From Thermoproteota archaeon (GTDB lineage Archaea > Korarchaeota > Korarchaeia > Korarchaeales > Korarchaeaceae), in the NCBI GenBank assembly GCA_027491395.1, contig JAOZFI010000041.1:84378-148377 (forward strand): a stretch of 64,000 nt of DNA. Direction: 5' to 3'. The position numbers were made by a program, and so were the translations under genes. The notes under the pieces are model-generated. The model did not search any database, was not told where the DNA came from, and worked only from the letters and a program-made list of their open reading frames with translations. Positions 28,712-39,288 of the stretch are shown in pieces (within the stretch, counting starts at the first letter, position 1; the number at the start of each line of letters is the position of its first letter).

Positions 28712-29599
28712 TCAAACCGTTATTAACTCGAACTCCATCTTAGACCCTACTAGGGCGAGCAGGTCTTCCATCCTAGAGGGCATTATCAAGGCACCGGCAG
28801 CGTTTCTGTGCCCGCCACCTCCCAGTCTCTCAGCTACTTCTAGGGCCGAGAGCGGAGAATCTTCTCGACTCCTTAAGGAGAGCCTCAAGGCTCCATCGGA
28901 TCCGGTAGTGATGGTCCCGAAGAACTTGTATCTCTTAGCCGCTAGTTGTATGACAGGCACTAGGTAGGATGGGAGGCTCTCTATTCTTACCAAGAGAGCA
29001 TCTCTTCCCTCCAAAGATAGTAACTCCCCTAATCGATCCCCGTACTCCCTCCATATGAGATCCACTTCTCTCTTCACCGCGGGAAGGTTAACCAGCTCAT
29101 CACTTGTCGTGGGAGGGTGTAACAAGAGATCTCTCGCAACTTTGATGAGATCAGATCTCTTCCTCTTGAAGATCTTCCTGATGGCGGCCGTAAAGAGGGC
29201 GGAGGACAGATCTAGGTTACCCGTATCCGTCTGATCAACTAGATCTACGGTACGAGAGAGATCCTCCACTTGAGGTTCGCACTCCCTCAGTATGTCATAC
29301 AGGAGCCTCGCCGTGGACGGATACTCCGGCATGAGAAAGGCTGTTCCCACCCTGTCAAGGAGGGTGAGGTTGGACTCGTGATGATCCACGAGTATTCTAG
29401 TACCGCCCCTCGGGGGAGGCAGGTCTAGGACGATATCGAAGCTCTCTAGCGACTCCCTTATCTCGTAGGGCGCGGAGAAGTGGATCTCGAGGTCCTCCGG
29501 ATGTATCAATGCCATGAGGGAGGCTGAGAATAGACCATCTAGGTCCTCCCCGTGGCTAGCTACCTTGATCCTTCCACCCTTCGAGACCAGCTCGAACAT
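28712..29599 (-). CDS. DHH family phosphoesterase
   Basis: HGEDLDG, LDLP, VDHH, SLRS, GGGGHRNAAG. Confidence 0.9.
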   Translation of the reverse strand: MFELVSKGGRIKVASHGEDLDGLFSASLMALIHPEDLEIHFSAPYEIRESLESFDIVLDLPPPRGGTRILVDHHESNLTLLDRVGTAFLMPEYPSTARLLYDILRECEPQVEDLSRTVDLVDQTDTGNLDLSSALFTAAIRKIFKRKRSDLIKVARDLLLHPPTTSDELVNLPAVKREVDLIWREYGDRLGELLSLEGRDALLVRIESLPSYLVPVIQLAAKRYKFFGTITTGSDGALRLSLRSREDSPLSALEVAERLGGGGHRNAAGALIMPSRMEDLLALVGSKMEFELITV

Positions 29600-29673
29600 T
29601 TCACCGGCTCTCCCCTTCTCAGATCCATCGCGCGTATCGACTTTAAAACATTAACAGGGTGAGTGCGTAGAGA

Positions 29674-30144
29674 GTGATGGGACGCAGGGTCTTAGTGGCT
29701 GGCACATTCGACCTAATCCACGAGGGTCATATCAAGATGCTTTGGGAAGCTAAGAAACTCGCCGGCAAGGATGGGGAGCTCGTGGTGGTCATCGCGAGAG
29801 ACGATAATGTGATGAGGTTCAAGGGAAGATTCCCGGTGATAAGAGAGTCGTCTAGGGCCTACATAGTGAAAAACCTGAAACCGGTCGATCGAGTCGTTCT
29901 GGGTGAGAAAGAGCCCTTAGACTCCATAGTGAAGATAAGACCGGACGTAATAGCCCTAGGATACGATCAATGGGCCGAGGAGAGATGGCTTAGGGAAGAG
30001 CTGAGGAAGAGAGGTATGGAGATCGAAGTGGTGAGGCTTCCGAGGTTCGGGGACAGCTCAAGTTCTTCGATAATCGATAAGATAGTGAGACTGTTCTGTT
30101 CAGACAAGGAGCCTCGAAATGGCGGAGGAGAGTCTAAGAGCTAG
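29674..30144 (+). CDS. ribL: FAD synthase (archaeal cytidylyltransferase family)
   Basis: AGTFDLIHEGH, VVIARD, PDVIALGYDQ. Confidence 0.85.
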   Translation: MMGRRVLVAGTFDLIHEGHIKMLWEAKKLAGKDGELVVVIARDDNVMRFKGRFPVIRESSRAYIVKNLKPVDRVVLGEKEPLDSIVKIRPDVIALGYDQWAEERWLREELRKRGMEIEVVRLPRFGDSSSSSIIDKIVRLFCSDKEPRNGGGESKS

Positions 30145-30588
30145 AGCTTCTGCTTCTCCCCTGTCGATCAAACCATTTTCCACATCCAGCTTGGTCCACA
30201 GCTCCGCCCCGATTTCCTTGACCTCCTCACTCCACCTCCACCTCCTCATGAGTGAGAAGGCGAGATCTATGAGATCCCTAACTATTCCACAGGCGGTCTC
30301 CTGAATTCCATCTTCCGTGTCGTAACATAACCTGACTCCCAGCGGTATCAGGTAAGACAGGCCGCACACCAATGTCCTGAGATCACCACCCTTCCAATCC
30401 TTCAGGTGACCTACTAGCTCGAAGAACAGATACCTGAGATAACCCTCGGCCCTGCTTAGCTTTCTCACCCTCTCCTTCGGATCCTCCTCCTTCAAGAGGT
30501 CCTCGACGCAGGAGAGGAACTCCTCGTTCACCTCGTAGATGCAGGAGTTCACATCTTCAACCATAGTGATCCATGCTGAATTGAGCAC
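30100..30588 (-). CDS. Hypothetical alpha-helical protein
   Basis: Open ORF filling the gap between ribL and metG; no recognisable motif. Confidence 0.55.
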   Translation of the reverse strand: MLNSAWITMVEDVNSCIYEVNEEFLSCVEDLLKEEDPKERVRKLSRAEGYLRYLFFELVGHLKDWKGGDLRTLVCGLSYLIPLGVRLCYDTEDGIQETACGIVRDLIDLAFSLMRRWRWSEEVKEIGAELWTKLDVENGLIDRGEAEALALRLSSAISRLLV

Positions 30589-30628
30589 AGGCTTAAAATT
30601 CTTGATAGCGCCATTTGCGGGAGCGAAG

Positions 30629-32308
30629 ATGAGGTGGATAGTGGCCTCGGCATGGCCCTACATAAATGCTGTGCCCCATCTGGGCACCCTCATACAAGTA
30701 CTCTCCTCCGATGTGTACGCTAGGTACAGGAGGAAGAAAGGGGACTCGGTGGTCTTTGTATCAGGTTCCGACGAGCATGGAACTCCCATAGAAATAGAGG
30801 CGATAAGGAAAGGGATAAGTCCTAAGGAGCTCACTGACAAGATGCACTCTTACGTCTCGGATCTCTTCAATAGGTTCGGGATAAGCTACGACAACTACAC
30901 GAGAACGGAGAGCCCAACTCATGTGAAGTTCGTTCAGGAGTTCTACATGAGGGTCTACGAGAACGGACACATCTTCGAGAAGGAGACGGAACAGCTTTAC
31001 TGCCCCAACGACAAGATGTTCCTGCCCGACAGGTTCGTGATCGGGACATGCCCCTACTGCGGGTACGAGAAGGCCCACGGCGACCAGTGCGATAGGTGCG
31101 GGAGGCTCCTGAACCCGACCGACCTGATCAACCCGAGGTGTGCCATATGCGGTGCTGAACCGGAACTCAGGAGGACGAAGCACTGGTTCTTCGATCTACC
31201 CAAATTCTCCGGTAAACTCAAGGAGTACGTAGAGTCGAACGAGCAGCTTCCAGATAACGCGAGGTCCATGTCCCTCTCAATGATAGAGGACGGCCTGAAA
31301 CCCAGATCAATAACTAGGGATAACAAGTGGGGTATCCCAGCTCCCTTCCCCGGGGCCGAGGGGAAGACGATCTACGTGTGGATGGAAGCGGTGTTGGGCT
31401 ACGTCTCAGCGGTGAAGGAGTACTTCGAGAGACTCGGCAAACCGGAGGAGTTCGACGAGTTCTGGAAGGGGAAGGACACCAAATCGATCTACTTCATAGG
31501 GAAGGACAACATACCCTTCCACACCCTGATATTTCCAGCGCTGCTAATGGCCAGTGAGGAAGGGTACGTCCTGCCCTATAACGTAGCATCCACGGAATTC
31601 CTCCTCTTCGAGGGGGAGAAATTCTCCAAGAGGGAGAGGATAGGTATATGGCTAGACGAGGCCCTAGCCCTGCTTCCCGCCGATTACTGGCGTTTCTACA
31701 TGATATACATAAGGCCCGAAACAAAGGACGCCAACTTCGCTTGGGACGACATGGTGGCCAAGATCAACGACGAGCTGAACGATACCTTAGGCAATTTGAT
31801 CCACAGAGTGCTCTCCTTCATCAAGTCTAGGTACAGCGGAATCGTTCCAGATGCCCAGCTCGACGAGGAGTCGGAAGAGATGCTGAAGGAAGCTAAAGAG
31901 ATAGCTGAAAGGATTGAGGACAGCATAGAGAGGGTCAAGTTGAGGGACGCCCTCAAGGAATTCCTAGAGATGGCACGACTTGGAAACAGGTTCTTCAACA
32001 GCAGGGAGCCTTGGAGGGACATAAGGGAGAACAAACCACGTGCTGACTCCACCGTGGTTGCCTCGTTCAATCTGCTGAAGGCTATGGCCTCCTACATGCA
32101 CATATTCATGCCCTTCTCGGCTGAGAGGCTGTGGAGGATGATGGGTCTTGACGGTGAACCCGCGCCCTTCTCTGACGCATTCAACATCGTAACCGGAGTC
32201 CAGCTGGGGGAAGTGGAACCCCTGTTCCACAAGGTCAATAAGGAGGAGTTGCAGGAAAAGCTGGAGGAAGTCCGAGAGAGGGGAGAGGTTCTCTCGGCTA
32301 GAGAATGA
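30629..32308 (+). CDS. metG: Methionyl-tRNA synthetase (no C-terminal tRNA-binding domain)
   Basis: SAWPYINAVPHLG, GSDEHGTPI, Zn-knuckle Cys pairs, YVWMEA, IGKDNIPFH, KFSK; start set at ATG 30629. Confidence 0.96.
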   Translation: MRWIVASAWPYINAVPHLGTLIQVLSSDVYARYRRKKGDSVVFVSGSDEHGTPIEIEAIRKGISPKELTDKMHSYVSDLFNRFGISYDNYTRTESPTHVKFVQEFYMRVYENGHIFEKETEQLYCPNDKMFLPDRFVIGTCPYCGYEKAHGDQCDRCGRLLNPTDLINPRCAICGAEPELRRTKHWFFDLPKFSGKLKEYVESNEQLPDNARSMSLSMIEDGLKPRSITRDNKWGIPAPFPGAEGKTIYVWMEAVLGYVSAVKEYFERLGKPEEFDEFWKGKDTKSIYFIGKDNIPFHTLIFPALLMASEEGYVLPYNVASTEFLLFEGEKFSKRERIGIWLDEALALLPADYWRFYMIYIRPETKDANFAWDDMVAKINDELNDTLGNLIHRVLSFIKSRYSGIVPDAQLDEESEEMLKEAKEIAERIEDSIERVKLRDALKEFLEMARLGNRFFNSREPWRDIRENKPRADSTVVASFNLLKAMASYMHIFMPFSAERLWRMMGLDGEPAPFSDAFNIVTGVQLGEVEPLFHKVNKEELQEKLEEVRERGEVLSARE

Positions 32309-33013
32309 TTAGCTCCCCTTCTCAACCCTCACCCTTATCTTGACCTCTCCAGAGGCTATGGGATGTCCCGGCTTCAGCGCCTGCACCACTACAACGTATG
32401 TGGTGTTGTCTGTCACATTAGCGCTCCAATCCAAGACGGCCTTGCCTTCAGAATCAGTATGAGTCACGGAGGTCACGGTGGCGTTGGGTCCCATGGTGAG
32501 GGCTATGAGCTTGGCCCCCTTGACGGGCTTCCCCTCCATCTTTACGGTAGCATACACCTTACTGGAGACGGTGGTGTACTGCTTCTCAGCCGTCACATTG
32601 ATGAAGGCGGACAGGTTTTCCTCCGTCTCTAGGGTAATGTTCAGAGGAGCGCCCCCGAACACGTTGAAATAGGCATCTTCCTCGACGGTGCTACCGAGAT
32701 TTGCCACCACCCTCAGCGAATAGTGGCCTATTCTGTAACTTCCTTCATCGATCGGGATGGTAGCGCTCACTACTTTGCTTGGTTGCAAGCTCTTGGACTC
32801 TATGGTCATGTTCCTCTCGAGGTCCACGACATCCACTCTTACGGATGACGGAGGGCTGGGAAAAGACACTGTGAACCGGAGTTCTCCCCCTAAGGGGACC
32901 GTATCCTTGTTAAGAGAGATCTTGAACTTAGGTGCCGTTACCACCGGCCAAGATAGGAGCAGAGCCACGAAGACGAGATTTAGCAGTAGAACTATCTTGG
33001 TCTTGGTCTCCAT
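32309..33013 (-). CDS. Secreted protein with Ig-like beta-sandwich domains
   Basis: N-terminal signal peptide; beta-rich sequence with GKPVKGA and TDSEGKA. Confidence 0.65.
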   Translation of the reverse strand: METKTKIVLLLNLVFVALLLSWPVVTAPKFKISLNKDTVPLGGELRFTVSFPSPPSSVRVDVVDLERNMTIESKSLQPSKVVSATIPIDEGSYRIGHYSLRVVANLGSTVEEDAYFNVFGGAPLNITLETEENLSAFINVTAEKQYTTVSSKVYATVKMEGKPVKGAKLIALTMGPNATVTSVTHTDSEGKAVLDWSANVTDNTTYVVVVQALKPGHPIASGEVKIRVRVEKGS

Positions 33014-33099
33014 TCCTCGGTCCCATGGTAGGGAAACCTCCCTTAATTAATGATTATCGTTCCCACGAACTTTTATTTTCCTCTAGCTGTTTCACCTAG

Positions 33100-34197
33100 G
33101 TGCGTGGTGAACTGATCTCAGACAAAGGACTGGAAAAGATAGAGAGCCCAAGATACATCATTTTCGGTCCGAATGCTCTGGGAAGGACAGCTGAGATACT
33201 GCACAGCTTGGGTCTCATCGGGACGGCCGTGGTGGTCAGCGGATCCAGCGTGACGGCCAATGTGGCTAGGGACCTTATCGACATGTTGGAGGGCGACATG
33301 AAAGTTTACCACGTCGTAGCCCGTCAGGGAGGTATAGATGATGTCCTCGAGGTTATCAAGGAGGCGGAAGAGAGGAACACTGACTTCCTAATAGGGGTGG
33401 GAGGCGGTAAACCCCTAGATGTCACTAAGCTAGCTGCAGCTAAGCTCGGGGTCAGGTACGCCGTGGTCCCCACCTCAGCGAGTCACGACGGAATCGCATC
33501 GCCTGCGGTGAATTTCTCCCTGTCAAAGCAGGCTGAAACCAGATTCGGTGGGGTTAGAGGGATGGAAGCACCCACAGCGGTTATTGCCGACACCCGAGTG
33601 ATAAATAAAGCCCCACCTGAGACATTCAAATCCGGATTCGGCGACTTGGTGGCCAAGTTCACGGCCGTTAGGGATTGGGAGTTAGCTCATAAGCTGAAGG
33701 ATGAACCGTATAGCGAGTATGCCGCCTCGATGTCGCTGCTCAGTGCCAAGATAGCGACAGATCACGCCTCTGAGATAAAATCGGGATTGGAGGAGTCCAC
33801 TAGGATCTTGGTAAAGGCATTGATAGGCAGCGGCGTGGCCATAAGCATAGCCGGGAGCTCGAGGCCTGCCAGCGGTAGTGAGCACATGTTCAGCCACGCC
33901 TTAGATGCGATAGCTGTCGAGGAGGGCGTCAAACCCGCACCTCACGGGATACAGGTGGCCTTGGGAACGATAATGATGGCCTACCTCCAAGGTCAGGACT
34001 GGAAATGGATAAAGGAAAAGCTCAGAGAGGCAGGCGTACCAACAACAGCGGAGGAAGCTGGCTTAAGGCCCGATCTCGTGGTAAAGGCCCTGACAGTGGC
34101 TCACAAGATAAGGGACAGGTACACCATACTCGGGGTGACAGGGCTCACCCCAACCGCGGCCGAAAAGCTGGCTAGAGCAACTGGAGTAATACGATAA
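33100..34197 (+). CDS. egsA: sn-glycerol-1-phosphate dehydrogenase
   Basis: GGGKPLDVTK, PTSASHDGIASP, SSRPASGSEHMFSHALD, HGIQV. Confidence 0.96.
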   Translation: MRGELISDKGLEKIESPRYIIFGPNALGRTAEILHSLGLIGTAVVVSGSSVTANVARDLIDMLEGDMKVYHVVARQGGIDDVLEVIKEAEERNTDFLIGVGGGKPLDVTKLAAAKLGVRYAVVPTSASHDGIASPAVNFSLSKQAETRFGGVRGMEAPTAVIADTRVINKAPPETFKSGFGDLVAKFTAVRDWELAHKLKDEPYSEYAASMSLLSAKIATDHASEIKSGLEESTRILVKALIGSGVAISIAGSSRPASGSEHMFSHALDAIAVEEGVKPAPHGIQVALGTIMMAYLQGQDWKWIKEKLREAGVPTTAEEAGLRPDLVVKALTVAHKIRDRYTILGVTGLTPTAAEKLARATGVIR

Positions 34198-34849
34198 TGA
34201 TAGAGATCAGGACGCTTATCAGAATTATGGAACCCACGAAGGTCGAGGTGAACTTTAGCGAGTACTTGAGAGCATCCTCTCTATCCAGTCCGATGGTCAC
34301 GGCGTGCACTCTGTAGGAGAGGTAGGTGAACCAGCCGAGGGATGCTAGGGCCAATACCAAGGAGATTATCGGCGGGAAAGACACAAGATACGAGAATATC
34401 TCTGAAAATACGGTTAATAAAAGACCTCTCCAAGTGGAACCCTCGCATGAGATGACCCTGCCCGGTGATATCATCAGCACCAACGTATTGAGAACCCCCA
34501 CAATGGTGAGCGGAAGGGAGCAGAGGGCCATCAGGTAGTGGTATTTCCTGAGCCTCATCCTAGCCCTCCTAGCTACGGAGATCCCCGAGACGACTGAGGA
34601 TATCCCCCAGCTCACTGCCGTTATGACCCACATGTAGAGGAGCAGGAGCTGTTTCACATGGATGAACATCGCCACCCTCTCTGTCATGACAGAGGAAGAG
34701 CAGGTTATCCTCACTCCCAGCGTCGAGAGGGTCAAGGCATCCACAATCAAGAAGAGGAGGAGAGAGACGGTTGCCGGCAGTAAGCTGGCGTTTAATCCAA
34801 GATCCCTCAACTCATCCCTCTTGCCTAGCAGGAACCCGAGCAGATTCAT
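34172..34849 (-). CDS. Multi-pass membrane protein (Yip1-like topology)
   Basis: About five hydrophobic segments; overlaps the ABCE1 stop. Confidence 0.55.
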   Translation of the reverse strand: MNLLGFLLGKRDELRDLGLNASLLPATVSLLLFLIVDALTLSTLGVRITCSSSVMTERVAMFIHVKQLLLLYMWVITAVSWGISSVVSGISVARRARMRLRKYHYLMALCSLPLTIVGVLNTLVLMISPGRVISCEGSTWRGLLLTVFSEIFSYLVSFPPIISLVLALASLGWFTYLSYRVHAVTIGLDREDALKYSLKFTSTFVGSIILISVLISIIIVLLQLL

Positions 34850-36624
34850 GGGTAGTACCTCCCAGTTGCCCTCGCCAGTTGGTCCATCTTGGAGCCGGGT
34901 TTGTTGACTCTAGGTCTGCCTGTGTCGGGATCGCGCCTGAAGGTAACATCGACGTCCTTTAGGAACTCGTTAAGTCCTTCTCTGGAATCCATGGGCTTGC
35001 TAGCGTGACCTTCAACTCCAGGTTGTCCGGAGAAGACCATAATCCTATCAACCACTGCTTCTATTGTGAGGAGGTCATGCTCCACGACGATCACGGCCTT
35101 ATTCTCTCCCTGAATCCTCCTCCTGATAGCCTTCGCTGCCGCGAACCTAGCTTCTACATCTAAGAACGCGCTGGGCTCGTCTATCAGGTAGATATCGGCC
35201 TCTCTACCCAAGCAAACTGCGATGGCGACCTTCTGAAGCTCTCCACCGCTGAGCTCATCCAGGTACCTGTCCAGCAGCCTCTCTATTCCCAGCCTCCTGA
35301 CCACCTCCGCTCTGAAGTATGGGCTTGAGTAGCTAGATCCAGCCACCTTGCGTAGGAGGGACTCCACGGTGCCCTCATACGTGGGTTTCACGTGCTGAGG
35401 CTTGTAAGAGACCTTTATGCCCTCGGTCATTACGGTACCCTGATCAGGACTGAGCTCACCCGCTAACATCCTCACGAAGGTGGTCTTCCCTATTCCATTG
35501 GGGCCAACCGCCACGACCACCTCTCCGGCGTAGACTTCGCCCTCCTCAACATGGAGGCTGAACCCATTCAATCTCTTCTCCAAACTGGTGTACACTACAA
35601 CGGGGTTCTCTGAAATCTCAGGGCTGCCCACCCTAGGCAAGAAGGAGATGGGCTCTTCCCTGAATCTGACGTTGTCATCCGGGAGGTATCCGTCCAGGAA
35701 GATGTTTATTCCCTCCCTAGTGGAGTGGGGATGACTGACCACCCCGTAAACCCCGGGTTCCCCGTAAAGTATGTGAACGTAGTCGCTGAGGTAATCCAGC
35801 ACTGCTAGGTCATGCTCCACCAGCATAATGGATTTACCGTCCTCTTGGAGCCTCCTTATCAGCTTAGCGGCCCTCATCCTCTGATAAACATCCAAGTAGT
35901 TAGTCGGCTCGTCCAGCACGTAGACATCAGCATCCCTCACGTAGGCCGCCGCTAAAGCTAGTCTCTGGAGCTCACCACCGCTCAGCTCCCCTACTCTCCT
36001 ATCCTTGAGCTTACCCAATCCTAGAAAGTCCATTGCTTCATCTAGGACCCCCCTTTCATCCACCTTCTCGAGGACTTCGATGACCCGCCCCTTCACGACT
36101 TGAGGTATCTTATCTATCCTCTCGGGCTTGTTCACGACCCTTATCTGACCATCAGCGAGTCTCTTCAGATAATCTTGGAGTTCAGAACCCCTGAAATGCC
36201 TTATCACCTCATCCCAATCCGGTTCATCGTCCACCCTGCCTAGGTTGGGCTTTATCCTGCCCGACAGAATGGATATGGAGGTGGTCTTGCCCACCCCGTT
36301 CGGACCCACAAGACCCACGATCCTGCCGGGCCTCACTATAGGTAGCCTGAAGAGGGTGAACCCATTCACCCCGTACCTGTGTACCTCCTCACCCTCCACT
36401 GGGGCAGGTAGGTTAACGACAGAGATGGCAGAGAACGGGCACTTCTTGACGCATATTCCACATCCCGTGCACAGCTCCTCATCTATGACTAGGAGATCAT
36501 CCTCCAACCTGATGGTCTCCTCGACGCCCATTCTGACCTCTGGACAGTACTTTATGCACTCCAAGCCGCACTTGCGCGGGTTACACCTGTCCCTATCTAC
36601 TACAGCTATCCTCCTAGCGGGCAA
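34846..36624 (-). CDS. Ribosome recycling ATPase ABCE1/Rli1
   Basis: N-terminal Fe-S Cys cluster, two ABC domains (GPNGVGKT, LSGGELQ twice), TFRRDPDTGRPRVNK. Confidence 0.97.
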   Translation of the reverse strand: MPARRIAVVDRDRCNPRKCGLECIKYCPEVRMGVEETIRLEDDLLVIDEELCTGCGICVKKCPFSAISVVNLPAPVEGEEVHRYGVNGFTLFRLPIVRPGRIVGLVGPNGVGKTTSISILSGRIKPNLGRVDDEPDWDEVIRHFRGSELQDYLKRLADGQIRVVNKPERIDKIPQVVKGRVIEVLEKVDERGVLDEAMDFLGLGKLKDRRVGELSGGELQRLALAAAYVRDADVYVLDEPTNYLDVYQRMRAAKLIRRLQEDGKSIMLVEHDLAVLDYLSDYVHILYGEPGVYGVVSHPHSTREGINIFLDGYLPDDNVRFREEPISFLPRVGSPEISENPVVVYTSLEKRLNGFSLHVEEGEVYAGEVVVAVGPNGIGKTTFVRMLAGELSPDQGTVMTEGIKVSYKPQHVKPTYEGTVESLLRKVAGSSYSSPYFRAEVVRRLGIERLLDRYLDELSGGELQKVAIAVCLGREADIYLIDEPSAFLDVEARFAAAKAIRRRIQGENKAVIVVEHDLLTIEAVVDRIMVFSGQPGVEGHASKPMDSREGLNEFLKDVDVTFRRDPDTGRPRVNKPGSKMDQLARATGRYYP

Positions 36625-36628
36625 AAAA

Positions 36629-37237
36629 TCACCTCGGGGGGGATACAGATTCCCTCCCGAGGTCGAAGGCTCTCAAATTTAAATCCCTATATCTGGAGGG
36701 AGAGACCTCCTCCAAGGCTTCCCTGAGGACCCCTTCTGGGAAGGGCAGCACTCCGGTGGCCTGAGCGGCTCCGAGCATCACGGTATTCGCGACTATGTAA
36801 TCACCAGCCTTCTTCGCTATATCGTATGCATTCAGCACCATTATCTGCTTGGGATTGAGTCTCCTCATGAGCTCCAAGATCTCATCGAAGCTGGGTATGG
36901 GAAACCTCTCCAAGTACGCCCCCACAGGGGGGATCACGTGGTTATTCATGACCACCGTGGTCCTTTCCGAGATGTATGGTGCTTGCCTGAGCCCCTCGAG
37001 CGGTTCCAAGGCTATCAGCAGGTCGAGCGTTCCCTCAAGTATGAGGGGGCTGGATACGTCACTTCCAATCCTTAACTCGGTTCTTATAGATCCGTACCTC
37101 TGGGAGAGGCCGTGGACCTCGCTCTGGGCGAAGTTAAGACCTAGCTTGAGCGCGGCCCTAGCTATCACGTTGGTGGTGAACAGGATGCCTTGCCCACCGA
37201 CCCCAGCGACTATCACGTTTAACTCGCGCACGCTCAT
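36629..37237 (-). CDS. iorB: Indolepyruvate:ferredoxin oxidoreductase beta subunit
   Basis: AGVGGQG, SEVHGLSQRYGS, NTVMLGA. Confidence 0.93.
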   Translation of the reverse strand: MSVRELNVIVAGVGGQGILFTTNVIARAALKLGLNFAQSEVHGLSQRYGSIRTELRIGSDVSSPLILEGTLDLLIALEPLEGLRQAPYISERTTVVMNNHVIPPVGAYLERFPIPSFDEILELMRRLNPKQIMVLNAYDIAKKAGDYIVANTVMLGAAQATGVLPFPEGVLREALEEVSPSRYRDLNLRAFDLGRESVSPPR

Positions 37238-37241
37238 ACTC

Positions 37242-39137
37242 TCACACCCCTATCTTCTGCTCCCTCCAATTGAGTGATCCCTCCTGAGGTTCGAAAGCTC
37301 CGTACGGGCAGACGGGAACGCAGGCTCCGCAGCCGAAACACACTGTTGGATCTATTTCTACCAGAGAGCCAGTGTCAACGAAGGCCGGGCAGGCGAAGGT
37401 GTTTATGCAGACCCTGCAGTAAGTGCACTTGTCGGGGTTCACCCTATACGGGACTATCTTCTGCCCCTGTCTCCTGAGCCTAGCCACTGTAAGTAGGGCG
37501 CACTCCCTCTTAGTTATCACCACAGAGACGCCATCATGCTTCAGGGCATCCCTTATCGCCTTTTCAGTGGCAGCATGATCGTAGGGATCTACTACTTTGA
37601 CGTAATCGACGCCTATGGATCGAACGATCTTCTCTATATCTATGGCGGGGGCCTCATCACCCACCGCATTAACCTCCGTACCCGGGTGAGGCTGGTGGCC
37701 TGTCATGGCCGTTATCCTGTTGTCCATTATCACCACGGTCATTTTCCTCTTATTGTGGACCGCATTTATCAGCGCCGGTATGCCGGCATGGAAGAAGGTG
37801 GAATCACCTATCAGCGCGACCACGTCCTGATCTGTGGCTACATCTATCCCATTAGCCAAACCTATGGAAGAGCCCATCGCGTGAGTGACATGTTCCACTC
37901 TAAACGGCTTCTGGAAAAGCAGGGCGTAGCAACCTATATCGCCCATGAACGCGGCCCTACCCGCGGCCCTTCTGAGGGCGTACCCCGTAGACCTGTGGGG
38001 GCATGCAGGGCACAGGACTGGAGGCCTCGGAGGGACTTTCTTAAGTATTTCTGAGCTTCTCCTATCTATTTCAGCGAAGTTAACGGGAAGAACGACTCCT
38101 AATGCCTTCGACAGTCCCTCTAACACGGTTCTCATGGTGTACTCTCCGACCCTAGGCATGTGGCCGGTCAACTTACCTAGGACCTCGACCTCAGGCGCGT
38201 AGTCCTTGGCTATGGCCTTCACCCTCATTTCTAGGTAAGGATCCAGCTCCTCCACTATCAGCACGGTGTTCACGGAGGAGAGGAACTCTCCTATGTCCTT
38301 CTCGGGGAGTGGGAAAGTCATTCCCAGCTTCAGGATCTTGGCGTTCACGTTAACGAGCTTCAGCGCCTCCTTAGCATGGGCGTAGGCGACACCCGAGGTT
38401 ATGACCCCGAACTCCGCATCGGAAGCTCCCTCTACTTTAGCATAGGAGGGTGCTACATCCAAGGATATCTCCTTGAGCTTACCCAAAAGCTCCGCGTGAT
38501 GCTTCCTAGCTATGGCGCCCACTTGGAGGTACCTATCGGGCTCTGGAGGAACAAACTTGCCCTTGGAGAAGCCAGCCGTTATCTCTCCTAAGCGAACGGG
38601 ACCTCTCTGATGGCTGATCCTAGTCGTCGTCCTCACCATTACGGGTATCTTGTACTTGCTGGACAGCTCGAAGGCTTCCTTTGTTAAGTCCTTGGCTTCC
38701 TGAGGGTTGGATGGCTCCAACATAGGCAATCCAACTGACTCGCTGTAATGCCTGTTGTCCTGCTCGTTCTGACTACTGTGAGCATGGGGGTCGTCCGCTG
38801 ATACTATGACCATGGCGCCGGTCACTCCCGCGTAAGCTAGGGTGAAGATAGCATCGGAGGCAACGTTGAAGCCCACGTGCTTCATCATGGTCAGGGCCTT
38901 GAGACCAGACCACGCCGCCCCCATCGCAACCTCCGTGGCGACCTTCTCGTTGGCCGACCACTCGAAGTATATGCCTACGCGCTTGGCTACTTTGGCTAGG
39001 GCCTCACCTATCTCCGTGCTTGGTGTACCAGGATAGGCCGCGGCGACGTTCAGGCCTGCCTCCAAGGCCCCTCTTGCGACGGCTTCGTTTCCGAGTAGCA
39101 CCTCTAGGGTGTTGGCTGGGGCGAGCAGATCTCCCAT
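37242..39137 (-). CDS. iorA: Indolepyruvate:ferredoxin oxidoreductase alpha subunit
   Basis: GNEAVARG, YPGTPSTE, SSQNEQD, LCPACPH, GDIGC, GDSTF, C-terminal ferredoxin domain. Confidence 0.96.
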   Translation of the reverse strand: MGDLLAPANTLEVLLGNEAVARGALEAGLNVAAAYPGTPSTEIGEALAKVAKRVGIYFEWSANEKVATEVAMGAAWSGLKALTMMKHVGFNVASDAIFTLAYAGVTGAMVIVSADDPHAHSSQNEQDNRHYSESVGLPMLEPSNPQEAKDLTKEAFELSSKYKIPVMVRTTTRISHQRGPVRLGEITAGFSKGKFVPPEPDRYLQVGAIARKHHAELLGKLKEISLDVAPSYAKVEGASDAEFGVITSGVAYAHAKEALKLVNVNAKILKLGMTFPLPEKDIGEFLSSVNTVLIVEELDPYLEMRVKAIAKDYAPEVEVLGKLTGHMPRVGEYTMRTVLEGLSKALGVVLPVNFAEIDRRSSEILKKVPPRPPVLCPACPHRSTGYALRRAAGRAAFMGDIGCYALLFQKPFRVEHVTHAMGSSIGLANGIDVATDQDVVALIGDSTFFHAGIPALINAVHNKRKMTVVIMDNRITAMTGHQPHPGTEVNAVGDEAPAIDIEKIVRSIGVDYVKVVDPYDHAATEKAIRDALKHDGVSVVITKRECALLTVARLRRQGQKIVPYRVNPDKCTYCRVCINTFACPAFVDTGSLVEIDPTVCFGCGACVPVCPYGAFEPQEGSLNWREQKIGV

Positions 39138-39288
39138 AAAAGCAACCCCATGCAGTAGGCGCTGAGGTAACTTATAATTGTGCGAATAGCCTCACACATC
39201 AGAGTCGAAGTGAATATAACGCCGGAATATAATCAAACAGACGATAATCTTGTGGAATATAGGAAAATTCTTTACTCAATCCAGCCTT

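Noticed and set aside
30539-30628. N-terminal extension of MetRS in the ORF track
   Set aside because: It overlaps the divergent gene and a TATA-like sequence; family similarity begins at ATG 30629
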